A stretch of DNA of 64,000 bases from Eledone cirrhosa (Eukaryota): contig OZ024742.1 of assembly GCA_964016885.1 (NCBI GenBank), forward strand, positions 116,374,001-116,438,000, read 5' to 3'. The number at the start of each line of letters is the position of its first letter. The first letter of the stretch is position 1. This document shows positions 27,502 through 40,883 of the stretch, piece after piece. Below the pieces are notes generated by a model, which searched no databases, was not told where the DNA came from, and saw only the letters and a list, made by a program, of their open reading frames with translations. The position numbers were made by a program, and so were the translations under genes.

Positions 27502-27984
27502 TGTGTGTGTGAATATATATGTCTGTACATATTCATATATATATATATATATGCTTATATATATATTTACATATAAGTGTTTGTGTTTATACAAAATGTA
27601 GACTGTAATAACAAAGCAAACAATACAGAACAATGGCGAAATACATTAGTTTAACGCTTTATATAAAAGGAAAATTGTTTTTAACGTTTCTGAAATTAGT
27701 CCTTCATCAGAATATAGAACGAGTAATAACAAAATAAATACAATTGTAAAGAGTGAAAAGAGTAAGGAGCCGAACAAATTGTTGATTAAAAACAAGTATA
27801 TTGTGTCCTTTCAGCCACTTTTGTATTGTGGAGCGAGAGACTCCTAGTCTTCATTAAGACATCTCTCTAGAAGAAGGTCACTCTGATATAAAACCCGCGT
27901 CTTCATTTGCATGTGTTAATGTTCGGTTAAGCCGTACAGTGTTCGGCAACCATCATTGCCATTTTGTTCAACACTGACAAAAGA

Positions 27985-28027
27985 ACGATGAACTAGTTTC
28001 GAGGTTCTTAGCTGTCATCAGCATCGT
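27985..28027 (-). ncRNA. Type I minimal hammerhead (family E)
   Basis: Reverse complement of 28518-28560. Confidence 0.65.
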
Positions 28028-28517
28028 ATACGTTCCTCTCAGATGATTGAACATTTGAAAGTATATACTTTCCTTATGCATATTAACGGCTGAGCAGCCT
28101 AATTTGCATATCGAGTGAGTTAGTCGACCGGGCGCACCGAAATCGATAAATGGAAAAAATGAAAAAATGAAATTTCATTTCTCACTCTTAGTACGGCTGA
28201 TTGTTTACAAACAAACCGAATATTATAATAAATGTTCGGTAAACCCATACGTACATATATTTGTGTGCATGTATGTATGTATATACATACTGTTGTACGT
28301 CTGTATACATATATGTGTGTACGTATACATACTTACTTTAAGTATCAGCCGTACTAAGAGTGAGAAATGAAATTTCATTTTTTCATTTTTTCCATTTATC
28401 GTTTTCGGTGCCCCCGGCCGACTAACTCACTCGATATGAAAAGTAGGCTGCTCAGCCGTTAATAGGCATAAGGAAATTATATACTTTCAAACGTTCAATC
28501 ATCTGACAGGAAGGTAT

Positions 28518-28560
28518 ACGATGCTGATGACAGCTAAGAACCTCGAAACTAGTTCATCGT
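28518..28560 (+). ncRNA. Type I minimal hammerhead (family E)
   Basis: ACGATG-CTGATGA-CAGCTAAGAACCTC-GAAA-CTAG-TT-CATCGT: perfect 6-bp helix I, weak helix II. Confidence 0.65.
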
Positions 28561-28852
28561 TCCTTTGTCAGTGTCGAACAAAATGGCAACGATGGTTGCC
28601 GAACACTGTACGGCTTAATTCGGGCTGTTTGTTTACAAACAAACCGAACATTATAATAAATGTTCGGTAAACCCATACGTACATTTATATATATATGTGC
28701 GCATGTATGTATGTATATACATACTACTGTACGTCTGTATACATATATGTATGTACGTATATATACTTATATTTAAGTATCAGCCGTACTAAGAGTGGGA
28801 AATGAAATTTCATTTTTTTCATTTTTTCCATTTATATATATATATATAAATA

Positions 28853-28883
<31 letters not shown>

Positions 28884-28884
28884 A

Positions 28885-29019
<135 letters not shown>

Positions 29020-31624
29020 ACGTATCCATTTAAGTCATCTATAACAAGATATGGATAAGCTCTTTAATGATCAAAAATAACTCAGTGTGGTGAGACATTG
29101 TGTGAGGTGAGGATAAGTGAAGACAAAAGTATTACTGATCATAATATAAGATTAGAAATATCTAACCCCATATATATATCGAAGTATTAACATTCATTTT
29201 CGACATGTGTATCGACTGGAGCAGATGTAAATTAAATCATTTCAAAGTTGACATTAAAATTTAACATGAAAAATTTTAAATAATTGCATTATCGGTGTAA
29301 AAGTCATGATGATAATACATCAAATTAACTGCACCAGCTTTTCAGGAACGATAAATATTGTTGTAGTTGGTGTGCCTGTTTATAATGACAAAATACCACG
29401 CAATCTCCGGAAAAAAACTGTAGAAGCACATTTACTGAAAACGCAAACAAAGTAGTCATATTAGAGTAGCTTATATTCATAATTTACAAAGTATAAAATA
29501 TCGAATATAAAATATAAGTATACTTATTTAGTGTTGTGTTAGCAAGAAAACAAAAACAATGTGCTTTTACCAATTCCGCAATTGCCAAAGTGAAATAAAT
29601 ATATACTTCAAGATATAATGGTAACGGATGGACCGGTGTTAACAATATATCCGTAAGAGTGAAAGCCCAGATCAATGATTCAAAACCAGCTCATGCGTGC
29701 AGAAATGCATAAACACAACATATCGAGTGCAGGAAATGGTATGAAAGCAATGAAGCTTTCAATATTGCCGAAATATTTCAATATTTGTAAAGTATTTATA
29801 AATACCTAGTTACACTTTCATTAGTATAAACGATGTATCTGATACATGTCCAACTGATGTGAGTTTATGTACTATCATATACATAGATATTCTCCCCAGA
29901 ATAGTACGATAGAAAGATAAACATATAAGAATATAAAGATATACAATGTCTACACTAACAACAGATAAAATTTGAACAAAAGTAGTATTTCCGGGTTTTG
30001 ACAATCACACTACAGTTAATTGTATCATAATAAACTATTCATTGTATGATATACTATGTGAATTATTAATAGATAAGAGAATTCAATCGTATTTATTGAA
30101 AGCTAAAAGTATGATTGAATTTCAATCCTTACACATAAATAACAATTATTTAAAAGAATAATCTTAGAGTTGGCACATATATGAACATAATCATCTACGA
30201 CAACTCTATATCTAAAAGTACATATACACCTAGAAGGAGGCATATATGTATATTTGTATATATAAAGAAATACACATACACGCATACTCACTCACACACA
30301 CATATATATTTATTTAAACCAACATGATTTAATATCTATTTTATTTATATATATATATATATATATATACATACATACACTAAACAAAATCACACTTACA
30401 GATTTATTACATAATAAAATACAAAATGAAAGGATGTAATATAATATAATATAATATAATATAATATATAATAAAATATCCTATAATATAATATAATAAA
30501 ATATAATATAATATAAACGAAAACAGGCTACGAGAATATAATCCAAAAGTGTCAGTAGGCCGAATGTTGTTAAATAAATCGACAACGGTGAACATAACGC
30601 CGTGCATGATGCATTCTTATTTTATTAAAACATATCTGGGATGGATGGGTGGGTGTTACGCAAAATTCTAACTGTGCTTTTTCTCGAATCTGAATGGGAA
30701 TGGTAGATATCAAGAAATCACGTGTGACTTCTCAATGAGAGACAAGACAGAGTTAATTAAAGTATATCAGAGCAAAGAGGAAAGAGAAAGAGGGGCAAGA
30801 ATAATCTTTAAGGTGGTTAGAGAAGGTGTGACAAAAGAGATTTGATAAATAAGCAAACAATCGGTTACTAAACTAACATAGGGATAGTTTAGTTAACTGA
30901 ATTAGAATAAAACTAAACTGAAACACTATTGATGGGTGTGTTGTTTTTGGAAATATGACCCTCTCAAATTGTAACAATATATAAGGTATATAGAATATAG
31001 ATGGATATACACACACGTAATATGTGTGTGTATGTGTGTGTGAACAAGCCATTTATATCTTCAGATAATTATTCTGATATTTCATGATAAGTTCTACCTA
31101 AACTTGTAAAGTATTAGGGAAATAGATGATGTTGTCATATCTTTGAAGTTCTGTATGGAGTTATTTATAACTATGTTTTATGTACAAATGTTTAAATGCA
31201 TGTGTGTGTGTATGCATAGGGATATATTTGAAAGCAAATACGATGTGTTTTTGTATAATAGACAGATAGTCTTGCTATGAATTATTTTAAAGCTATGATC
31301 ATGTCACTCCTATGTCAGTAGCTTCCAGGCAGTTGTGTCTGGATTTTCGTCCGTTATTCGTTACTGAGGCAATGATAGGCTAAAGCCTTTTCAGATTTTG
31401 CGTATGAAACATTGGCTGGCGATTTTCATTACCACATAGTCTGAACCTGACTACGGTGAGAATGCCAGATAGAAATACAAAACGTCAGACATATACGTAA
31501 ATGAGAGGTGTGTAATTGTTGTGTATCTATGTGATTATAAATGATTGTTTGAACGTATGTGTGTACGGATAGCTGCAGATATAGAGTATATTTACAGTTT
31601 ACTCTGTAGTGACTTTTATTTGTA

Positions 31625-31685
<61 letters not shown>

Positions 31686-32448
31686 GTGTATGCATGTATA
31701 TTTACCGAGGTCACGAGTTAACCAAATCCATGTAAGTGATGGAGGTTTTTTAGCAGACCAGGGAATCTAATGTAAATGTAATTCACGCATTTCGTTTTTT
31801 CATAAATTGTAACAAGGTGTTTCGTTTAAGTGTATGTTTCACGAGTTGAACGTTTATTTGTGTAACCAAATGAATACATAATGCATGCACACAACACAAA
31901 CACAAACGCACACACACATATATATATACACACATATATATACAAACACACAAACACACACACATATATATATATACTCACACACATATATATACATGTA
32001 TATGTGTGTATGCATGTATGCATGTGTGCGTGTGTGTGTGTGTATGTGCATGTGTATGCATGGATAGATGGATGGACATACAAATATATGTACATAAACA
32101 CGTTATATGTATTTGAGGCGTTAGAGAATCTAATTAAAATATTTTTTTGCAGAAATTTTTGTTAAAATAATTTCAAATGTATTGGAATTGAAAATTGAAA
32201 AATAAAATTCACAACTGTCTTAATTTTGTTTAAAATGTTGCATGGTTTAGTCGTTTAAGTGCAGTATTAATTAAAACTCTGAAAATTCCTCAACCATTAT
32301 GTCAACCGTTTGATATTCGTTAAAGCTACTCCATAAAGAAAATGTTATATTTTGCAATAATGAACCAAACTCCTGCGAATGAATATAAAAATTAAACGAA
32401 AAATTTTAAATATATAGTTATACATACATACATATATATATATACACA

Positions 32449-32581
<133 letters not shown>

Positions 32582-32667
32582 CCATACATACATACATACA
32601 TACATAAATATATATACATATATATATTTATGATAATATATTAATGTATATGTATGTGTGTTTGGCA

Positions 32668-32723
<56 letters not shown>

Positions 32724-33581
32724 TGCCAAGCACACATACAGCCGCACGATCATACACACACACTCACCTCACACACACACACATATATATATGCACATAG
32801 AACTCCCTGTGAACTCAAAACTTCAATCAGCTTGTCAGATGCAGCAATTAGGTGGGTGTTTATGCCTATGGTGAGAAAAAGCGACTACAGTAAATTATGT
32901 CCATGCATTTTACAAGTACTAATTGGCTCACCAAAAACGTTTAAAGAGAAGATCAGAAATTTCCATCATGACAACATACTGCTTTTTCTTGTATTTCCTT
33001 ATATCTATATTACATATGTATAGTTTGTATCTTTCTTAAAATGTATTTGTCTTTTTTAATATTTTGTTGCTTGGCAATTTTTTGGTCCTTTTATTAGTTT
33101 TGTGTAGTTTGATACTTGGCCTTATCTCAAAGTTGGCGTTCATTTACTATAACGACATAGATATAGAGTTGCCTGATCCAAAAGAGAGACACGGGCCGCC
33201 TGCGGCGAAATATATCTTCTGTACTTTAGCTATAATAACCAATCTTATTCTACAATTCTAGAATGTTTTTCAGCTATTCGAGAAGCATAAAACCTGTAGA
33301 TGTTGCTGGTGTTTGTAGCTGTTAAAACAAAAATTAATAAATAATTGCATAAATTTCATTGGTCTCGTACTATCGTTCTCCCTAACCATTACTATCTTCT
33401 CTCTTTCACATGCTCCCCTGCATGAGATGAGTCTGCAGGCCAGTACTTTCATTCCAATTTTCATCATTTAACTTCGTTTTTAACTTATTTTATGTCAGTA
33501 ATAACTACGATTGAATCACGAACATGGCAAATTAATATTTATTCCCCTTCTTATAAGATTCTTTCTCGTATTGTTTCTCAT

Positions 33582-33850
<269 letters not shown>

Positions 33851-34229
33851 GTAAAACATATAAAATATGAAAACGATGTTGCGCTAGTTTTATTTGGAAA
33901 AGGTTTATCTGTTATCTTCCTCGCTACATCTCTCACATACTGTGTGGACAAGCTGATCTGCGGTAGAAGAAAAGTAATTGAAACACAGGCATCTGAGTAT
34001 AAGGTTTCCCTGCTAGTACCGGTTGCATCTTATATATAAAAGAGCAACTATCAATGTTCCTATCTGTCGGACTACCTGTGCTGTATATTTATCTATATAG
34101 CTATTTAACTATTGTATGTGTCTGTTTGTTTTTGTCTATCTCTCTATCGATACATCTATCAATCTATTTCTCTATCGATCTATCCCTCCCTCTCTCTGTA
34201 TCTTTCTCTCTCCTTCACTTTCTTCTTCT

Positions 34230-34324
<95 letters not shown>

Positions 34325-34361
34325 TTCTCTCTCTCTCTCTCTCTCCCTTTCTCTCTCTCTC

Positions 34362-34392
<31 letters not shown>

Positions 34393-35110
34393 TTCTTTCT
34401 CTTTATGCATAGATATGCATACGTTCGAAACATAATTACCGGGAACACGGATTAACCAGCCATCGGATTGCTGGATTTTGAACTGCTCATATATACATAC
34501 ACACATACACTCTCATACACACACGCATATATACATTTATATATATATATATGTGTGTGGGGGTGGGGGGGGGGCGTATGTGAGTGCGCGTGTATGTAGA
34601 TAACACACACACACACCCACACACACACACATATATATTTATATATATATATATAAAAACTATGTAACTATTAGAGAACTTATAACTATCTGTATCCCTG
34701 TATTTACCAGACCATGTTTCTTTGGTTTGAAAGGATAACAATTAGTATTCCGAAGAAAGATATATAAAATTACTTAGCTGCAAAATGTCAACGATTTTAG
34801 TGTATATGCATTTCAGTAAATTATTGTAATATATGTATTCAAATGTATATATATATTTAATATTAAGTGAACAACACAAAATATAAATACTCCATTACCA
34901 AAGGTTTCTGGATCCCAGACAATATTAATTCACGTCTTGATCGGTCTTCAGACAGAGATAACATTGGGAATAGAGAAGTTATATTTTGTGTTGTTCACTT
35001 TCTAATTAAATAGGTCTGTTCTATACATAGAACACTCTTTATTATTTTCATTTTTCTTGGGAATTACCTAACACACACACACACATATTATATCTCTCTA
35101 TATATATATG

Positions 35111-35188
<78 letters not shown>

Positions 35189-35650
35189 TACACATAAACA
35201 TGCATATATGCATACACATATGAATATGAATATACAACTACCAATGCATGCATACAATTTTACGATGGGTAGGTGTGTGTTTGGATATTACTGAGGTGGG
35301 GAAATACTGGGGGATAGTTGTGGTGACAGCGATGGTGTTGTTGTATTAGGAATGAATAAAAGATATAAAGAGATGTAGTTTAAAATTAAAGAATTCAGTA
35401 CGATGAAGATTATGGGAATTTAAATTATTGAGAGAACCTGGATTTAATTGTATTTTCCGTCAGTCTAATGTTCCCATGTATTTCTACTTTATATACAAGC
35501 TCCCTGGACAGGCATTTATTCTCCATTGGGCATCGAGATTGGTCTCTATATTTGCATTCCGACGATGATATGTTCGTAGTTTGTGTGATATGCTTGTTCA
35601 GGATATATATATATATATCTTTTGATATAGATACATAGGTTTTAATCCCT

Positions 35651-35707
<57 letters not shown>

Positions 35708-35711
<4 letters not shown>

Positions 35712-36324
35712 CGATGAAATACCAATGAAGGTTGGAAAATCACTGATGAAGGACTATTGTTATCATATGTAACCCATGTACAACCACGCAGTATTCATTC
35801 TTCTCAAGTTTTTTATATATATTTTCCCCACCTTTTTTGTCTGTTTCTCTCTTACTGCTTCCAACTCTCTCTCTGTTTCTCTCACCTTCTGTCAGTTACA
35901 CTTTCTCTCGACTGCCCTCTTCCTCGCACTTCCACTCACTCACTCTCTGCTTCTCTCCTTCTCACTACTTCCCGTTTGGCGTGAAGTGGGGTCCTTTCTT
36001 GCTCACACACCTCACTCGCGACGGACGGTCTGCTGGCTCTCGCTCATGAAATCCACACAGTTTAAGCTGATCGGACTCCCATGTGCTTTTTTTTCTCCTC
36101 TCTTTGCGTTGCTATCCTTCTATGTTTGTTTACTTGTCACGCTCGCTTTACGCGAGTTACTTGTCCCAATAGCTTTATGTAGCTATTGCTCGCACCAACT
36201 GGAGGTATATGATTTTTAAAGCGATGAAATACCAATGAAGGTTGGAAAATCACTGATGAAGGACTGTTTTTATCATATGTAACCCATGTGCAACCACGCA
36301 GTATTCATTCTTCTCATGTTTTAT
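35708..36324. mobile_element. Non-coding 510-bp unit with ~99-bp terminal direct repeat between (TA)n tracts
   Basis: AAAGCGATGAAATACC...TTCTCA at 35708-35806 and 36218-36316; a fragment of the same end lies in reverse at ~47248-47290. Confidence 0.75.
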
Positions 36325-36325
36325 G

Positions 36326-36360
<35 letters not shown>

Positions 36361-36365
<5 letters not shown>

Positions 36366-37041
36366 AGTAAGTAAGTTAATTTTATAATTTTCTTATTTTA
36401 CGTCTCTCATATTATTGTTCTGCAACCCCATGCATTGAACTGCATAGTTACTAAGACAAAACCTATATATTTGCTAGCATTGATATGCATCTGTATGTAT
36501 ATATATGTTACTAGATATTAATTCTTTATAATTATCTCCAAATTATTTGTCGAGCAATATTGGCCATGACTGCTGCTATGGTAGCAGGCCGCTGTCTTAT
36601 TAGCAAACCACTTTCCACTGATTGACCTCGATGTCACGTGATTGATTATTTTTGAATTTGCCACCGACGCAGAGGCAGTGATTTTCTCAATGTCTAGGAA
36701 TTCAGTCCACGCTTTGCTATTTCCTATCCACTGAATTATTTTTTAATAAGTTTCCAGTGTCCACGCTTTGCCTGGATACTTAGATGAGAATAGACCTCCC
36801 TGACGACGGAATTCTTCTCTGTATCTTCTTCGGAAAATATATTTATTCCATTCCAGAAAGTAATTAGTTGGAAGTGATATTTTAGTAAGTAAGTTAATTT
36901 TATAATTTTCTTATTTTACGTCTCTCATATTATTGTTCTGCAACCCCATGCATTGAACCACAAAGTTACTAAGACAAAACCTATATATTTGCTAGCATTG
37001 ATATGCATCTGTATGTATATATATGTTACTAGATATTAATT

Positions 37042-37048
<7 letters not shown>
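36361..37048. mobile_element. Non-coding 518-bp unit with ~170-bp terminal direct repeat between (TA)n tracts
   Basis: ATTTTAGTAAGTAAG...ATTCTTTA at 36361-36530 and 36879-37048. Confidence 0.8.
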
Positions 37049-37136
<88 letters not shown>

Positions 37137-37648
37137 AGCACAGTTATATGGAAATTGCAGTCTACATTACCACGATCGAGGTATTTCTCTGTTTTCATAA
37201 CGTATACACATATATATATATATACATGAATAGATATATGTGTGGAGACGGGTAGTGTAGATTTATATTTCTAGAGTTACGAATATCTATTTGTATATAT
37301 GTGTGTGTTTGTGAGTTTGATTGTATGTACATGTGTATACATGTGTGGTCGTAACTATAGAAATACATAGCTTTTCTGAACAGACTCTACAATTCCTATG
37401 TCCTTAAATTCATGGCAATCAAGAGAATGAGCTAAATAGAATTTGACATGTAGTAACTAATTCTCAGTAGCGCTAGCTTTGAAGAGCTCCCTAGAGAGTA
37501 CCAGTAGGCGTTTAATCATTTGGGTATGCTGAGAATATAAAGCATTAACACATACACAAATGGAATTGGAATACGATTTCTCCCACTGCAGTGGCATAAG
37601 TAATATAAAGTGTGGTCGCCTACAATTCCACAAAGATATATGTATATG

Positions 37649-37759
<111 letters not shown>

Positions 37760-37895
37760 GTGTAAATTTGGATGAATAAATGTAATACTTCCTTAACTTC
37801 AGTGAAATACAGAAGTCAGAATGTAAACGTTATTTACTTATTTTATCATACTAGCGTAGTATTTATATTTCCCAAAACGTTTTCTTTGGAAATAA

Positions 37896-38085
37896 TTGTT
37901 TCTAATTTTGGCACAAGGCCAACAATTATATCAGTGTATTACTGATACTTTATTTTATCGACCCCGTAAGGATTAATGGCAAAGTTAACCTCAGCGGGAT
38001 TTGAATACAGAATGGCAAGGGCCGTAACTCTATGCGTCAAAGCATGGCGTCCGACCCTCTACCGATGCTGCCAATCCACCGCCCA
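37896..38085 (-). mobile_element. tRNA-derived SINE
   Basis: Reverse complement of the SINE family; flanked by TTTCTTTGGAAATAA. Confidence 0.88.
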
Positions 38086-38100
38086 TTTCTTTGGAAATAA

Positions 38101-38288
38101 TTGTTTCTACTTTTGGCACAAGGCCAACAATAACCCAGTACATTACTTGTACTTTATTTTATCGACCCCGTAAGGATGAAAGCAAAGTTAACCTCGGAGG
38201 GATTTTAACTCAGATCATAAAGGGACGTAACTCTATGGTTCAAAGCATGGTGTCCGACCCTCTACCGATACTGCCAATCCACCACCCA
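38101..38288 (-). mobile_element. tRNA-derived SINE (tandem second copy)
   Basis: Same family; flanked by TTTCTTTGGAAATAA. Confidence 0.88.
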
Positions 38289-39297
38289 TTTCTTTGGAAA
38301 TAATGAAGTACATTTGGTTACCTGATAGATATATAAACAAATAACGCAGAAGATAATTGTATTTGAGTGTTCACGTTGGTTTTGCAGGTGTAGAAGGTTT
38401 ATGACACAATGCATAGTGTATGCTACAAGTACATATACATACTTTATGACATAATCCTCCTTCTCACCAATGTGTAAAAGGCCCAAATATTACATCACTT
38501 CGCAAACCCATAAAACATTAATGCATAGTGGCATTGCTTTATCTATCCCTTTGAACACCGAGCCCTACATTTCCCTTAAATATTCCATCTACTTACATGT
38601 ATGATGGAACATATATGCATTTATGTATGCGCGGATTTGTAAGAGTTCTGTCTGACAGTGTGTTTGTCCTACTGGATAATCTCTATTGCACGTTTACCTT
38701 CACATAGTCCTGCTATATGACAATGCACATGTGCACATAGTTAGGTCAACGTTAACCCATTATATTTAAATCTAGTTCGCACACAAGTATTTGACAACGC
38801 TGTGTAGAGCAGCTTAGATAGATGATGATAATCCGTAGACATAAGGACGTTAGCCTGTTAGTGATAGGGGTAAAACTATTTCCTCCCATTACAGGTTAAC
38901 CGATAAACTTACTAATTCGATTAATGAACTGTTTTATAAACCTTTAAGAGCGAGAATGATTGACCATATATTGAGTAGCCTGCATCCTTTAAGCTAATTT
39001 GTCTACTTCCACTGCTTACTCCTAGCATTCCTGTAGCTCCCAAACACATGTCACCCGACCTGCTAATACTTGACCCCGTACAATATATGCTTGAAAGTTA
39101 TTGAAAGGTACACACGTATCCAATGGCATGCAGATCAAAAATAAAAAGTTTAATTTTTATTTAAACATGGCTTCCTATCTGACGACAACGCATTGAGTAA
39201 CTGTTCAATAACGATTTGTTGATGACTGTATTATATTTGTTATTTAATATCGAGCTATTTACATACTGGTAACAGGGTAATACTTATTATTACCCAC

Positions 39298-39348
<51 letters not shown>

Positions 39349-39354
39349 ATATAT

Positions 39355-39512
39355 AACGAAGGAGTTGTGGTAAGGAACCAGATGGACCATAAGGCACCAG
39401 AGTACTCAATACTTAGGGTAGTAGAGTGGGTAATAGGAGAAAGTACTAAAGACTTTAGTCCAGAAATAGCCATCGAAACGGCTTGAGTTCTGCCGTCGGG
39501 GTCATACTTTCT

Positions 39513-39517
<5 letters not shown>
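39355..39517. mobile_element. Short inverted-junction element in (TA)n (family also at 52833-52939 and 56801-56985)
   Basis: Shared AGTACTCAATACTTnGGGTAGTAGAGTGGGTAATAGG; carries GAAACGGC...GCCGTC (hammerhead 3' half). Confidence 0.8.
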
Positions 39518-39568
<51 letters not shown>

Positions 39569-39767
39569 AGTATGTATACGTACATATATGTATACGGAAG
39601 TACAGTAGTATGTATATATATACATACATGCACACATTTATATATGTGCGTATGGATTTACCGAACATTTATTATAATGCTCGGTGTGTTTGTAAACAAA
39701 CATCCCGAATTAAGCCGTACAGTGTTTAGCAACCATCGTTGCCCTTTTTTTCAACATTGACAAAGGA

Positions 39768-39810
39768 ACGACGTACTAGTTTCAAGCGTATTAGCTATCG
39801 TCAGCACCGT
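39768..39810 (-). ncRNA. Type I minimal hammerhead (family E)
   Basis: Minus strand: ACGGTG-CTGACGA-T-AGC(taatac)GCT-T-GAAA-CTAG-TA-CGTCGT. Confidence 0.7.
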
Positions 39811-40053
39811 ATACCTTCCTGCCAGATTATTGAACGTCTGAAAGTATATACTTTCCTTATGCCTATTAACGGCTGAGCAGCCTAATTTGCATATCGAGTG
39901 AGTTTATCAGCCGGGCGCATCAAAAAGATAAACGGAAAAAATGAAACGAAATTTCATTTATCACTTTTAGTACGGCCGTTACTTAAATATAAGTATGTAT
40001 ACGTACATACATATATGTATACAGACGTACAGTAGTATGTATATATATACATA

Positions 40054-40142
<89 letters not shown>

Positions 40143-40381
40143 CAGAAAAAAGAGAATGAGTGTTGCGACGAAAGGAATTTATTGGACATCGCTTTAAGCA
40201 TCTAAAACCATATACATATATGCATACAGACGTACAGTGGTACGTATATACATACATGGACATATATATATATATGTACGCACGGGTTTACCGAACATTT
40301 ATTATAATGTTCGGTTTTTTTGTAAACAAACAGCCCGAATTATTAACCGTCGTTGCCCATTTTTTCAACACTGACAAAGGA

Positions 40382-40424
40382 ACTATGGACTAGTTTCTAG
40401 CTTATTAGCTGTCTTTAGAACCAT
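40382..40424 (-). ncRNA. Decayed hammerhead (family E), core CTAAAGA
   Basis: Minus strand: ATGGTT-CTAAAGA-C-AGCT(aata)AGCT-A-GAAA-CTAG-TC-CATAGT; G5 lost, probably inactive. Confidence 0.45.
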
Positions 40425-40807
40425 ATACCAAACTGTCAGTCGAATGAACGATTGAAAGTATATACTTTCCTTATGCATATTAACGGCTGAGCAGCCTAAT
40501 TTGCATATCGATTGAGAGTAGTCGGCCAGGCGTACCGAAAACGATAAATGGAAAAAATGAAATTTCATTTCTCATTTTAAGTACGGCTGATACTTAAATA
40601 TAAGTATGTATAACTACATACATATATGCATACAGACTTACAGTTATATTTATATACATACATACAGTAGAGGCAGACACATATATATATATATATATAT
40701 ATGTACGTATGCGTTTACCGATCATTTTATAAAAATGTTCGGTTTGTTTGTAAACAAACAGTCCGAATTTAGCCGTACACTGTTCGGCAATCATAGTTGC
40801 CCTTTTG

Positions 40808-40875
<68 letters not shown>

Positions 40876-40883
40876 TATATATA

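Larger units (their letters stand above)
27925..28833. mobile_element. Retrozyme-like element: inverted partial unit (27925-28201) followed by ~1.5 tandem copies of a 428-bp unit (28202-28833)
   Basis: TGTTTACAAACAAACCGAA recurs at 28202 and 28630; 27925-28201 is the reverse complement of ~28343-28619. Confidence 0.8.
39565..40810 (-). mobile_element. Tandem array (~2.5 units) of the 428-bp family-E retrozyme-like unit, interrupted by TA expansions
   Basis: TGTAAACAAACA recurs at ~39691, 40321 and 40749; hammerhead motifs at 39768 and 40382. Confidence 0.8.

Noticed and set aside
27675-27718. Minus-strand CTGATGA-AGGACTAATTTCA-GAAA-CG-TT
   Set aside because: Helices I and II pair poorly; at best a decayed copy
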